Notes under the pieces: model-generated
What the model was told of the DNA's origin: nothing
What the model saw: the letters and a program-made list of their open reading frames with translations, nothing else
The model's database searches: none
Shown: piece by piece, positions 1 through 10,119 of the stretch
Layout: each line of letters opens with the position of its first letter
How positions within the stretch are numbered: the stretch's first letter is position 1
Translations under genes and position numbers: made by a program
NCBI GenBank assembly: GCA_903897145.1
Contig: CAIUAN010000018.1
Span: 50,889 to 114,888, forward strand
Reading direction: 5' to 3'
Source: an uncultured Bacteroidia bacterium
GTDB lineage: Bacteria > Bacteroidota > Bacteroidia > Bacteroidales > Prolixibacteraceae
DNA length: 64,000 nucleotides

Positions 1-1743
1 GCAAAGAAATAATGCGCAAATCGAAAACCCGATTGATGCCATTCCCAGAATCGCACGGTCTCCATATTAAACTTTAGTCTATTGGTAGCTTTGGTTTGAA
101 GCGAGAAGTAATCACGTATCCCAAATTTATGGTTAACCATCAGGTATTCTTCGGGATAACGATTGATTCCTGACAGGAGTTCAAAATTGATAAAGAAACG
201 ATAAGGATGACTATTGATGTAGACAAAGTTAGAGAAGTAGTTTCCGCTGATCAGAATAGCACCTTGCTCAATACTAGAGTCGTGAAAATACCCACCTAAG
301 CCTAATTTCCATTTGAAATAACTCCCCCCGTTTGCGATGTGAGCTTTTGAATAGTTGAAATGTATATATGGCCGCACCCTCGTGGCATTTAGGTCAAATC
401 CTGCTGCCAGCTCAGCATATCTTCCATAAGGAATGTCTTCAGTTACGCCATAGCCGTATATTCTGTTGTCTTTAAATAGCTCTCGTTTGCTAAAACCAAT
501 GGACCCAAGGAAAAAGTCATGACTTCTAAAAATGCTGTTCTCTGGAAGAATGCTCTGATTCTTAAAGTAGTTTTCATGGACGTATCTACCCGATAAAATA
601 GTATTTCCTAATGTTGGACTATTACTTTTAAGTCTTCGGCCATACCATGCATCCGAATGCAGGTAAGAGACTGCGGTGTCAAGTCGGGTATAGGAATAAG
701 GTGTAGCGAAATGATCTGAGAAAACGCGGTCGACATTTATCCCACCTGCCCAGTCTTCTTTGGAAGCGATAAATCGTTTCTCAACAAATGTTATAAGTTC
801 ATTTTTGCGATAATCATCAGTGTATTCAAGCCCTATTTGGATAAACTTGCGATCTAAATTGCTGATATGATAATTGAAGCTGCCTCCCCATTTATTTATT
901 TCATTGGGATAATAGTCACCTCTTGCTGAAAATTGGTGCCCTAAGCCAAACATATTCTGATCCGTTAGCTCAAGTTCTTGATTATCTTTATTCAAGTCTC
1001 CTCTTAGCCCATATTCAAATTTTTCCTTTATAATCACTAAAACATCGACAGTCTCAGGCTCGACTTTTGAATAAGATAAGGTAATGGCAACGTCTTGTAT
1101 GTAGGGTAAATCTCTGATAAACTTTTCATTCTCTGCCATTAATTTAGGGTTTATGAGCTCTCCTGGATTAAATAGAAGCTGACTCATTAATCTCTTTTCG
1201 GTAGTTTTTGTGTGAATTCTATTTCCTACTTTACTGAGCCATTGAGTGGTCTTCCCAAGTGTGTCTTGCAAAGTTGGCCCCCAAATATCGAGTTGTAATA
1301 TTCGTATTTTGCCAATTTTCTTGCCATTGTACTCTGTGAAATAAAGTGAACTATTGACACCAAGAAGTTCTTTTGTGCTTTTATTTTCTCGAATAATGGC
1401 TGCCAGCAAATTGCGAGACAAGAAATTTCTATCTCCTTTTGTTTTGAAATTTGAAAGCCCATTAATTTTTAGATTATCACTGTTTTTATCACTTGACATC
1501 CGAATGCTGTCTTTTGAACTATTCGTGTATTCTAGCTTCGTAACTTTAGGATTGGCAAGTTCTTCTTTATGTAAAAGCAGCTCCGGTAAACTATCACCTT
1601 TGAAAACTGATTTATTTTCAAATTTATCGCTTGTATCAAGCCCATAACGATAACTGCATAAGTCTATAGCGAATGTCGGACTTATGATAGTCATACCAAA
1701 TAGAATGACCAAAAAACCATATTTACGAATGATAATTTTCAAC
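1..1743 (-). CDS. Omp85/BamA-family-like outer membrane protein, partial (C-terminus outside window)
   Basis: Not in the ORF track because it runs off the left edge. My translation of the minus strand is stop-free from about 1743 (TTG; alternative ATG at 1694) to position 1. The N-terminus looks like a signal peptide (KIIIRKYGFLVILFGMTIISPTFA). It is followed by a POTRA-like segment and a long Tyr/Gly/Phe-rich beta-strand-type sequence. Confidence 0.5.
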
Positions 1744-1891
1744 TGTACTTTGAGAGATCTGTAGTAGACTGAATTTTTAAATGGTTTTCAGTTCAAAGTT
1801 ATGATTTAAAAGAAAAAATATAGAAACAATATACTAAATTGGCCGTTATATATTTAAAGAGATTGTACATTGTGAGAATTTCAATTTTGTT

Positions 1892-2557
1892 ATGACGCAA
1901 CTTAAGGCAGTAATATTTGACATGGATGGTGTTTTGATTGATAGTGAGCCTCTTCATTATCTAATCGAACGTGAGATTTTTGAAAAATTAGGACTTGATG
2001 TATCCCCAGAGATCCACCGAACCTACTTAGGCACTGCGACGGATTTTATGTATCTCGACTTAATAGCACGATTTGGTCTTTCTCAAACTCTTGCTGATCT
2101 GCTAAAGTTGGATGAGTTATTTCGGTGTGAGTATTTTAACTCCTTGCCTTCTTTGGTTCTAAATCCAGGTGTTCGTGTGATTTTAAATGAGTTAAGAAAC
2201 GCTGGAATAAAAATGGGCGTAGCAACCTCTTCTTCACCCTCAATCGCTAATATCTTACTCGAACGAGGAGATATTAAATCATATTTCGAAGTGGTTATGA
2301 CAACAAGTGAAGCAGGGAAAAGCAAGCCAGAGCCAGTTGTTTACCAGGCTGCAGCTAATAAACTAGGTGTAGTGCCCCACGAATGTTTGGTTTTTGAAGA
2401 TTCCCCCAATGGTTTGTTGGCTGCCAAAAGAGCCGGCATGACTTGTATTGTGTTGCGCACTGAAACAGTATCAGCGGAGGAATTAATCTTAGCTGATTAT
2501 TCGATTGGATCTTTTGAAGAAATTACATTAGATCAATTGAAGAGATATTTAAAATAA
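1892..2557 (+). CDS. HAD-superfamily hydrolase (beta-phosphoglucomutase-like subfamily IA)
   Basis: N-terminal DMDGVLIDSE motif (DxDGxL), a later SSS/T motif and a FEDSPNG motif typical of HAD-IA phosphatases. Confidence 0.85.
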   Translation: MTQLKAVIFDMDGVLIDSEPLHYLIEREIFEKLGLDVSPEIHRTYLGTATDFMYLDLIARFGLSQTLADLLKLDELFRCEYFNSLPSLVLNPGVRVILNELRNAGIKMGVATSSSPSIANILLERGDIKSYFEVVMTTSEAGKSKPEPVVYQAAANKLGVVPHECLVFEDSPNGLLAAKRAGMTCIVLRTETVSAEELILADYSIGSFEEITLDQLKRYLK

Positions 2558-2569
2558 CCCATTATAAGA

Positions 2570-3832
2570 ATGAATAACAACTTTTCGGGAGAAGCATTTA
2601 AAGTCTTACGGAATAAAGATTTTAGTCTTTTCCTTTCGTATCGTTTTTTATTGACTGTGGCTAACTTGATGCAGTCGGTTATTGTCAGTTGGCAACTTTA
2701 TTCGATCACTAAGAATGTTCTTTCACTTGGAATGATTGGTTTGACGGAGGTCATACCTCAAGTGAGTATCGCCTTGTTTGCTGGTCATTTTGTGGATGTA
2801 TGGGATCGTAAGAAGATAATATTCTACACCACCTTTTTATTGCTTATTAGCTCTGTTATACTTACAATTTACAGCTTGCCAGATTCGTCTATGCAGCAAT
2901 TGTATGGCGTAGCTCCAATTTTCGTAACCATATTTATTACTGGAATTGTCCGAGGGATATTGATGCCAGCGCATACTGCTTTGTTAGGACAGTTAGTGAC
3001 ACGCGATTTGCTAACTGCTGCTTCTACTTGGAGCAGCACTGTCTGGCACATCGGCGCCGTGGTTGGACCAGCATTGGGCGGTTTAGTCTATGGATTTTGG
3101 GGCATAGTGCCTGCATATAGCTTAGTGCTTGCTTTGTACCTTATTTGCTCCATCTTGCTTTTGATGATTAAGAGTCCAGGAAAAGTGGCACTTGTTAAGG
3201 GTGCAGTTGAAGGGATCTTTGCTCGGATTAAAGAGGGTATCTACTATGTTTTTGAGCGAAAGATTCTGCTAAATGCCTTTGCATTAGATATGTTTGCAGT
3301 CCTTTTTGGAGGTGCTGTGGCAATGCTTCCTGTTTTTGCCTCTGATATTTTAAATGTGGGTCCCGAAGGATTAGGATTTTTGCGTGCTTGTCCAGCTATT
3401 GGCGCAATTATTATGTCTGTGATTCTAACTTTTAAGCCACCCGTTTCCAGATCAGGATATCATATGCTAATCAGTGTGTTCGGATTTGGCCTTTGTATGA
3501 TTGTGTTTGCCTTGTCGACAAGCTTCATCTTATCGGCATTTTGCCTTTTCTTAAGCGGAGTTTTTGATAATGTAAGCGTAATTATCCGTTCGAGTATTCT
3601 TCAACTCTATACGGCAGATGAGATGAAAGGACGTGTGGCGGCTGTTAATAGCATCTTTATAGGTTCTTCCAATGAGCTAGGAGCTTTTGAATCAGGTGTT
3701 GCTGCTCGTTTTATGGGTATTATCCCTTCGGTGGTTTTTGGCGGTATAATGACCTTGTTAATCGTTTCAGTTACGGCTTGGAAAGCCCCTGTGCTTCGAA
3801 ATCTTGCATTAAAGGACCACGATCAACACTAA
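2570..3832 (+). CDS. MFS transporter
   Basis: 420 aa with about 12 hydrophobic helices. The general layout is that of EntS/MFS_3-type exporters. Confidence 0.8.
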   Translation: MNNNFSGEAFKVLRNKDFSLFLSYRFLLTVANLMQSVIVSWQLYSITKNVLSLGMIGLTEVIPQVSIALFAGHFVDVWDRKKIIFYTTFLLLISSVILTIYSLPDSSMQQLYGVAPIFVTIFITGIVRGILMPAHTALLGQLVTRDLLTAASTWSSTVWHIGAVVGPALGGLVYGFWGIVPAYSLVLALYLICSILLLMIKSPGKVALVKGAVEGIFARIKEGIYYVFERKILLNAFALDMFAVLFGGAVAMLPVFASDILNVGPEGLGFLRACPAIGAIIMSVILTFKPPVSRSGYHMLISVFGFGLCMIVFALSTSFILSAFCLFLSGVFDNVSVIIRSSILQLYTADEMKGRVAAVNSIFIGSSNELGAFESGVAARFMGIIPSVVFGGIMTLLIVSVTAWKAPVLRNLALKDHDQH

Positions 3833-4477
3833 TCAGAACTTAACTATCCTGCGACCATGGTACTCCTTGTTTGGAATGGTTTGGAAAATTGTGTCGAGAT
3901 TCTCCCAAGTTACCTTGCCCGCTACAATGATTTGTAATTCAGTCCCGGCTGTTTCAATCATATGAAGTAAATTCTCCTTCCCTTCTAAGGCCGTTGGCTT
4001 GCCACCTGAGGTAAGTATTCGGTGTACCCCTAGGTCTTTTAATTGTTGCACGGATTGAACTAAGTCAGGAGTTTCATCAATCGCTTTGTGAAAAGTTACC
4101 TGCATTGGACTGGCTAGTTGGACGAGTTTTTTCGTTCGATCTAGATCAATGGTTTGGTCTGTGTTTAAGATTCCAAAAACCACGCCGTCTATTTCATGCT
4201 GATGACACATAGCTAACTCATCGCACATCAATTTAAACTCTTCTTGGGTATAACAGAAATCACCTCCTCGTGGCCTTATCATAACCATAATCGGAACCTT
4301 AAGTTCTTTAATTATTCGATCTACAATCTCAAAGGATGGGGTGGTGCCTCCACAGAATAGATCAGCACATAACTCGATTCGCATTGCACCTGCTTTCACC
4401 GCTGCTTCTGCTTCTTGGAATGTCTCAACGCAAACTTCAATCGTGCGATTCATAATTGTTTTTTTGTAAAAATACAA
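3833..4477 (-). CDS. cutC: Copper homeostasis protein CutC family
   Basis: IEVCVETFQEAEAAVKAGAMRIELC and GGTTPS motifs typical of CutC TIM-barrel proteins. The real start is probably the internal Met at 4453 (MNRTIEVC). Confidence 0.8.
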   Translation of the reverse strand: MYFYKKTIMNRTIEVCVETFQEAEAAVKAGAMRIELCADLFCGGTTPSFEIVDRIIKELKVPIMVMIRPRGGDFCYTQEEFKLMCDELAMCHQHEIDGVVFGILNTDQTIDLDRTKKLVQLASPMQVTFHKAIDETPDLVQSVQQLKDLGVHRILTSGGKPTALEGKENLLHMIETAGTELQIIVAGKVTWENLDTIFQTIPNKEYHGRRIVKF

Positions 4478-4654
4478 ATCCTTTGCTTTGGTAGGAGCAA
4501 GAGACTGGTTTATTGACTTGAAGTATCACTTTTTTTATACCACAAAATTGAATAGTTTTAACAAGTGATAATTTTTTTTCTTGAAGGATCATGAAGCTCA
4601 ATTGCGATCTTTCAGATCTTAAAGAAAATACGACATTAAATCAAAGATATATTT

Positions 4655-4966
4655 GTGATGGAAGCGATACAACATATGGTGATATTTGATTTAAAACATG
4701 CGGCAGAATCACCTCTAACGGATAAGTTTCTTAAAGATGGTTTGACTATTTTAAGTCAAATCCCAGGAGTTAAAAATTTCCAAGTCTTTAATCAGATAAG
4801 TCCGAAGAACGATTTTAGGTATGGTTTTTCAATGGATTTTGATCATAAAGATGCTTTTGAAAACTATAATAATCATCCTGCACACGTTTTATTTGTTCAA
4901 GATCGGTGGATGAATGAGGTCTCTAGATTTCAGGAAATTGATTTTAAAGCATTGATAATTAAATAG
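4655..4966 (+). CDS. Dabb (stress-responsive A/B barrel) domain protein
   Basis: About 100 aa with a HMVIFDLKH start typical of Dabb proteins. The likely true start is the ATG at 4676. A TATATTTG box (4647-4654) fits the Bacteroidota -7 consensus TAnnTTTG. Confidence 0.7.
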   Translation: MMEAIQHMVIFDLKHAAESPLTDKFLKDGLTILSQIPGVKNFQVFNQISPKNDFRYGFSMDFDHKDAFENYNNHPAHVLFVQDRWMNEVSRFQEIDFKALIIK

Positions 4967-4969
4967 TTT

Positions 4970-5431
4970 ATGGGTATCGAAATCGAACGAAAGTTTTTAG
5001 TTACCCAGAATGTTTGGCGAGATTTAGGCCTGCCAGTGCCTTATAAACAAGGCTATCTTGTTTCAGATGGTAAGCGCACAGTCCGTGTTAGATTGGCTGG
5101 TGATCACGGTTTTATCACAATCAAAGGTCCGACTACCGGTGCCAGTCGATCGGAATATGAATACGAGATTCCCGCAGATGAGGCAATGGAATTATTTGAC
5201 TTATGTGCCTTGCCGATCATTGAGAAATTTCGTACGGAGGTGATTTTTGATGGCAAACTTTGGGAGGTGGATGAATTTCTAGGTGAAAATCATGGTCTTG
5301 TGATCGCAGAGATTGAACTAACTTCGGAAGATGAATCTTTTAATATTCCACCATGGATTGGAGCTGAAGTAACGAGTGATCGTCGCTATTATAATTCGCA
5401 GTTGGCACTTAATCCATACCTGAATTGGTAG
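4970..5431 (+). CDS. CYTH domain protein (CyaB/ThTPase-like triphosphate tunnel metalloenzyme)
   Basis: N-terminal EIERKFLV signature (ExExK) of CYTH domains; about 150 aa. Confidence 0.8.
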   Translation: MGIEIERKFLVTQNVWRDLGLPVPYKQGYLVSDGKRTVRVRLAGDHGFITIKGPTTGASRSEYEYEIPADEAMELFDLCALPIIEKFRTEVIFDGKLWEVDEFLGENHGLVIAEIELTSEDESFNIPPWIGAEVTSDRRYYNSQLALNPYLNW

Positions 5432-5457
5432 CCTAATCTAGATAAATAACGATAGTA

Positions 5458-7092
5458 ATGTTTAATAAAGTATTCTCTTTTATTCTTTTTCTCTCTTTGC
5501 CCATCTTGACTTTCTCGCAAGGGCATACAACCGTATCAACAAATTTACCTCGCCTGGTGATTGGATTGGTTATTGAAGATTTTAATCCCGATTACATCGA
5601 TCGCTATTGGGATAAGTTTGGTGAAGGTGGTTTCCAACGGCTATATCGCTCTGGATATGTCTGCACAAATCATCATTACGACCATTTAATTCAGCGTCCT
5701 TCTGTTAACATGGCAACTTTGTCGACCGGAACAAATCCTTCCAGGCATGGCATTGTAAACGATAGCTGGATTGATCGATTAAAAAATAAAGAGGTCAATG
5801 CGATCAGAGATGAATTTTATACCACTGTTGGATCCGATTCCGATGAAGGTGATCGATCTGCTATGAAATTAATGACGCCAACTTTAGGGGATCAACTGAA
5901 GATTGTTACGAATGGTCGGTCAAAAGTTTTTAGTATCGCCATGAACGATAATTCTGCTGTTCTAGCTGCAGGTCATGCTGCTGATGGCGCCTATTGGCTT
6001 GATAATTTATCTGGCAAAATGATTTCAAGCTCTTATTATGTCGAGACATTTCCCAAGTGGGCTTTTGATTTCAACGGCTTTAAGATGGCTGATATTTATA
6101 TCGGAGCCGATTGGTCCTTACTTAAGGACATAAATTATTATTCAGAGAGTATTGATTTACCCAAGGAGAATGGCTACCCGGGTCGCCAACGGAGTTTCCC
6201 ATACGATCTCGGCAAATTAAAGAAAGAGGCGGGAGGATCGTATAAGATACTTAAGTCAACCCCTTGGGGAAATACTTTAGTGAAAGATTTTGCCTTGCAA
6301 ATGATTCCCAAAGAGCAGTTAGGTGCTGATCTTTCACCTGATATGCTTACTTTGGTGTTTTCTTCAATGGATTATTACCGTTATTCATTTGGCTCTTTCT
6401 CAGTTGAGATGGAAGATACGTATCTGAGACTAGATCGCGATATTGCCGAAGTATTAAAGTACCTGGAGACAGGTTTCGGAACCAATGAGATTTTGATCTA
6501 TCTAACTGGCTTAAATAGCGTATCCTATTCTGCTAATCTTTTAAAGGAGAAGTATCGTATGACTGCGGGGATATTTAACCCGGAAAGTGCCATTGCTTTG
6601 CTGAAATCATATTTGAATATTAAATATGGAGAGGCTAACTGGATTGAGTTATTTGCAAATCAAATGATCTATCTTGATCATGAGCTCATAGATAAAAAGA
6701 AAGTCAATCTTCAGGAGATCCAAAATAGTGTAGCTTCATTCTTAAATCAATTTGAAGGTATTTCATCGGCTAAGTCGGCCATGGAAATAGATGCGAATAA
6801 TTTTGTGACCTCTGAGGCTGCTCCTTTTCAAAATAGTTTTCATGTTAAGAGGTCTGGCGATGTATTGATAAAATACGAAGATGGCTGGCAGCCAAAAGAT
6901 AAATACAATCCGCTAGATTATACCGATAATAATCAAGTTCCATTAGTCTGGTATGGAGCTGGGATTAAGAAAGGAACCTTAACTCGAAGAACAAATGCAA
7001 CAGATGTAGTGCCAACTATTGCTGCATTTCTTGGAATCACACCACCCTCTTCGGTGTCTGGTAAGGTGATCGACGAGGTGATAAAACATTGA
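5458..7092 (+). CDS. Secreted alkaline phosphatase / nucleotide pyrophosphatase superfamily protein
   Basis: Signal peptide, 544 aa, and general similarity to AlkP-core (type I phosphodiesterase) proteins common in Bacteroidota. Confidence 0.6.
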   Translation: MFNKVFSFILFLSLPILTFSQGHTTVSTNLPRLVIGLVIEDFNPDYIDRYWDKFGEGGFQRLYRSGYVCTNHHYDHLIQRPSVNMATLSTGTNPSRHGIVNDSWIDRLKNKEVNAIRDEFYTTVGSDSDEGDRSAMKLMTPTLGDQLKIVTNGRSKVFSIAMNDNSAVLAAGHAADGAYWLDNLSGKMISSSYYVETFPKWAFDFNGFKMADIYIGADWSLLKDINYYSESIDLPKENGYPGRQRSFPYDLGKLKKEAGGSYKILKSTPWGNTLVKDFALQMIPKEQLGADLSPDMLTLVFSSMDYYRYSFGSFSVEMEDTYLRLDRDIAEVLKYLETGFGTNEILIYLTGLNSVSYSANLLKEKYRMTAGIFNPESAIALLKSYLNIKYGEANWIELFANQMIYLDHELIDKKKVNLQEIQNSVASFLNQFEGISSAKSAMEIDANNFVTSEAAPFQNSFHVKRSGDVLIKYEDGWQPKDKYNPLDYTDNNQVPLVWYGAGIKKGTLTRRTNATDVVPTIAAFLGITPPSSVSGKVIDEVIKH

Positions 7093-7097
7093 TTTTA

Positions 7098-7142
7098 ACT
7101 TATAAAAAAAGCGAAACAAAATGTTTCGCTTTTTTTATAAGT
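7098..7142. terminator. Bidirectional intrinsic terminator
   Basis: Long palindrome ACTTATAAAAAAAGCGAAAC-AAAAT-GTTTCGCTTTTTTTATAAGT between convergent genes. It has a GC core stem flanked by A/T runs on both sides. Confidence 0.7.
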
Positions 7143-7151
7143 GGATCTCAT

Positions 7152-8177
7152 CTAGTTTAATAGATCTAGTTTCACCAAATCTTGAATGTCTAACATGCCA
7201 ATTGGTAACCCATTCTCAGTAACAATGATGTTGTCTACTTTATTGGCATTGAAAATATCAGCTGCTTTTTGAAGCAGTGCGTCTCCTTCAACTGAAATTG
7301 GATTTGGAGTCATACATTCTCCCACAGTCGCAGAGCTGATCTTATCGCCTAAATTGCGCAATTGACGACGAAGATCTCCGTCAGTAAAGATTCCAGCAAG
7401 CTTACCATCTTTAGAGATAACAGATACTGCACCCATGCCTGATTCAGTCATTTTCAACAATGCATCAGTAACCTTACAGTTGATATCAACTGTTGGATTC
7501 ACATCGGAGATTACACTCTTCACTTGAATGGTCATCAGACGTGTATGTTGGAAGAATTGATCTGTACCTAGTTTTGTAAGGTGATTATCGCCTAGCTTTT
7601 TCATGATACTCCAAGGCAATGTTATGTTATGCGCTCCTAGTGTTAACGCATCTTTTACATGCTCAGGGTATCTAACTGATGAGAACATCACTTTGCAATC
7701 GTATTTGTACTCTTTGATCACGTCAACAATCTGCTTAACTAGCGATAGCGCATCGTGACCTTGATCTTGCATACGGCCAACCAATACACAAACATAGTTA
7801 GCTCCGGCAGTTAAGGCCATATAAGCTTGTTGGATATTATAAACAAGATGGAGATTAACTAAAAATCCTTCGTTGTGAAGTCTCTTGCATGCTTTAACAC
7901 CTTCGAAATTAACTGGGATCTTGAAGACCGTTTTTTTCTTGTCGAGTCCAAGTTTTAATAAGCGATGAGCCTCTGCAACAATTTCTTCAGCAGTTTCACC
8001 AAGTGCTTCAATCATCAGCACAGGAACCATTTTAGATAACTTAATGATTGCACCGTCTATGTCGGTAATCCCGTTCTTATGCATAAATGTTGGCGTAGTT
8101 GTTACACCATCAATGATTCCCAATTTAAGGGCTTCTTCAATTTCTGCAAGATTTGCGGAGTCAAGAAAAAATTCCAT
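7152..8177 (-). CDS. Fructose-6-phosphate aldolase/transaldolase (type 3) domain fused to a C-terminal CBS pair
   Basis: The N-terminal ~220 aa are collinear with FSA/TalC: MEFFLDSANL...GVTTTPTF, Schiff-base Lys context FKIPV, and AGANYV..VGR..DQG. The C-terminal ~120 aa is a CBS pair with GIFTDGDLRR, as in KdsD/KpsF. Confidence 0.75.
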   Translation of the reverse strand: MEFFLDSANLAEIEEALKLGIIDGVTTTPTFMHKNGITDIDGAIIKLSKMVPVLMIEALGETAEEIVAEAHRLLKLGLDKKKTVFKIPVNFEGVKACKRLHNEGFLVNLHLVYNIQQAYMALTAGANYVCVLVGRMQDQGHDALSLVKQIVDVIKEYKYDCKVMFSSVRYPEHVKDALTLGAHNITLPWSIMKKLGDNHLTKLGTDQFFQHTRLMTIQVKSVISDVNPTVDINCKVTDALLKMTESGMGAVSVISKDGKLAGIFTDGDLRRQLRNLGDKISSATVGECMTPNPISVEGDALLQKAADIFNANKVDNIIVTENGLPIGMLDIQDLVKLDLLN

Positions 8178-8189
8178 ATAATTAATGAT

Positions 8190-9026
8190 TTAAATTTTAG
8201 TTCTATATTTTACTTCTGTATTGTGAATCTCGAGCAATGGCTTAAGGAATTCGGTCACATCATCAATGCACATCTGGCTCGCAGCATCACATAACGCTTT
8301 TGAAGGATCAGGGTGTACTTCGAGGAATAGTCCATCAATACCAGCTGCCACTCCAGCGCGAGCTAAAGTAGGTATAAATTCGCGTGATCCACCTCTTGGG
8401 TCAGAACTTGGAATGCCATACTTACGGATTGAATGGGTCACATCAAAAATCACCGGATAACCAGTCGAGCGCAGATGATAGAAACTTCGTGGATCAACAA
8501 TTAGATCGTTGTATCCAAAAGCATACCCGCGCTCAGTTACCATGATATTTTCATTGCCTGCCATCTCAACTTTCTTAACAGGCTTGATCATATTCTCAGG
8601 AGAAAGGTATTGAGCATGTTTTAGGTTGATCACCTTTCCTGTTTTAGCTGCTTCTACAACTAAAGTTGTCTGCATAACCAAATAAGCCGGTATCTGAATA
8701 ACATCAACAACTTGAGCCGTTGCAGCAATTTGATCTGGATAATGGATGTCGGTAAGGATCGGAACTTTAAATTGCTCTTTGATTTTCTGAAGTATGGCAA
8801 GTCCTTTATCGATCCCTGGACCAGAGTAGAACTCAGAAGAACTTCTGTTGTCTTTTTGAAAAGACGATTTGAAAATCAATGGGAGGTCAAGTTTTTCAGA
8901 TAGACGGACTAGAAATTCAGCCGTCTCCATCATCAATTTCTCATCCTCAACAACGCAAGGTCCTGAGATAAGAAAAAGCTTGTCAGCTCCACAATCAATA
9001 TTTCCTACTTTAATTATTTTAGTCAT
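8190..9026 (-). CDS. kdsA: 3-deoxy-8-phosphooctulonate (KDO8P) synthase, metal-dependent type
   Basis: Collinear with KdsA: FKSSFQKDNRSS, DVIQIPAYL, FDVTHS, HPDP..ALCD. A Cys in the GPCVVE motif replaces the Asn of E. coli, which marks the metal-dependent class. Confidence 0.85.
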   Translation of the reverse strand: MTKIIKVGNIDCGADKLFLISGPCVVEDEKLMMETAEFLVRLSEKLDLPLIFKSSFQKDNRSSSEFYSGPGIDKGLAILQKIKEQFKVPILTDIHYPDQIAATAQVVDVIQIPAYLVMQTTLVVEAAKTGKVINLKHAQYLSPENMIKPVKKVEMAGNENIMVTERGYAFGYNDLIVDPRSFYHLRSTGYPVIFDVTHSIRKYGIPSSDPRGGSREFIPTLARAGVAAGIDGLFLEVHPDPSKALCDAASQMCIDDVTEFLKPLLEIHNTEVKYRTKI

Positions 9027-9036
9027 TCTTTTTGAA

Positions 9037-10119
9037 TTACATTTTCATGAATAGTCCGCGAAGCTTGTCGCGTGTGATGATTTTCTGCCACTCTGGACCA
9101 CAAACGTGTTGCCACATAAAGACCAAGGTTAGTGAAACATCAATCATAATGTCGATCTCTTCTGGAGTGCAATTTGCTGTTACACCTCTAGGGATCTCAA
9201 TGTTGTTAAGAGTCATCATCTCTCTAAATTCTTTTACAGCATCAGGGTAGAACTCATCTAGCTGATTGAATACCACACAATTTCCAACTCCATGGTGTAT
9301 GTTGGTCACTGTAGCTAAACCATATGACATGGCATGACAAGCACCAACTTCCGAATAGGTTAATGATAAGCCTCCTAGATAAGATGCAACCATCAGTTTT
9401 TCTTCGTTTTCTGGTGTGCGCGTATCTTTACTTAGATAAATTTCTCTGAATATACGAAGCGACTCAATACCTAATGAATCACCCATAACAGATCTTCTGT
9501 ATCCGTTTAAGGCTTCAACATTGTGAATGTAACAATCCATCGCGGTGTAGAATCGTTGTGGCTCAGGAACAGAGGTGATCAATTCTGGATCTAAAACGAT
9601 CTGATCGGCAGCGGTAAAGTTTCCTTTGATGCCTAACTTTTTTACTGGACCAGTAAGTACAGTTGTAATCGATACTTCAGCACCAGTGCCAGATATGGTT
9701 GGGATAACGGTGCAATGAACACCTTTATTTTTAATAAAATCAAGACCTTGGTATTGCACTGAAGAGCCTTCGTTGGTGAACATTAGACGAATAGCCTTCG
9801 CATAATCCATGACGCTTCCACCACCAATGCCGACCACTGAAACGGGGAATCCAATGCCAAGATTTTTAATCTCAGCAACCATCTCGTCAACAGTCTTTGT
9901 TTTAGGCTCGTCTGTGATATCGATAATTTTTAAAATGTCTTGCGCTTTCATCGGAATACGTTTTAGGAAATCTTTTCCTTCAAAGTATTCATCGACAAGA
10001 AATAGAACGAATGAGTTTTTTTCAACTCTTAATTCATCAAGTACATCTCCAAGCTGATCGAAACTGTTTCGACCATATAAAATTCTACCGACTGGTTTTA
10101 AATTTCTGAACATATGCAA
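9037..10119 (-). CDS. Iron-containing alcohol dehydrogenase family oxidoreductase (KdnB-like candidate)
   Basis: GIGGGSVMDYAKA nucleotide-binding motif and His-rich metal site (HNVE, HGVGN) of the Fe-ADH / DHQS-like fold. Its start abuts the stop of the upstream aminotransferase gene. Confidence 0.75.
   Translation of the reverse strand: MHMFRNLKPVGRILYGRNSFDQLGDVLDELRVEKNSFVLFLVDEYFEGKDFLKRIPMKAQDILKIIDITDEPKTKTVDEMVAEIKNLGIGFPVSVVGIGGGSVMDYAKAIRLMFTNEGSSVQYQGLDFIKNKGVHCTVIPTISGTGAEVSITTVLTGPVKKLGIKGNFTAADQIVLDPELITSVPEPQRFYTAMDCYIHNVEALNGYRRSVMGDSLGIESLRIFREIYLSKDTRTPENEEKLMVASYLGGLSLTYSEVGACHAMSYGLATVTNIHHGVGNCVVFNQLDEFYPDAVKEFREMMTLNNIEIPRGVTANCTPEEIDIMIDVSLTLVFMWQHVCGPEWQKIITRDKLRGLFMKM

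Noticed and set aside
1226-1647. Track ORFs 1226-1462 (-) and 1354-1647 (+)
   Set aside because: Both lie inside the much longer stop-free minus-strand frame of the Omp85-like gene (1-1743) and are off-frame or antisense artefacts.
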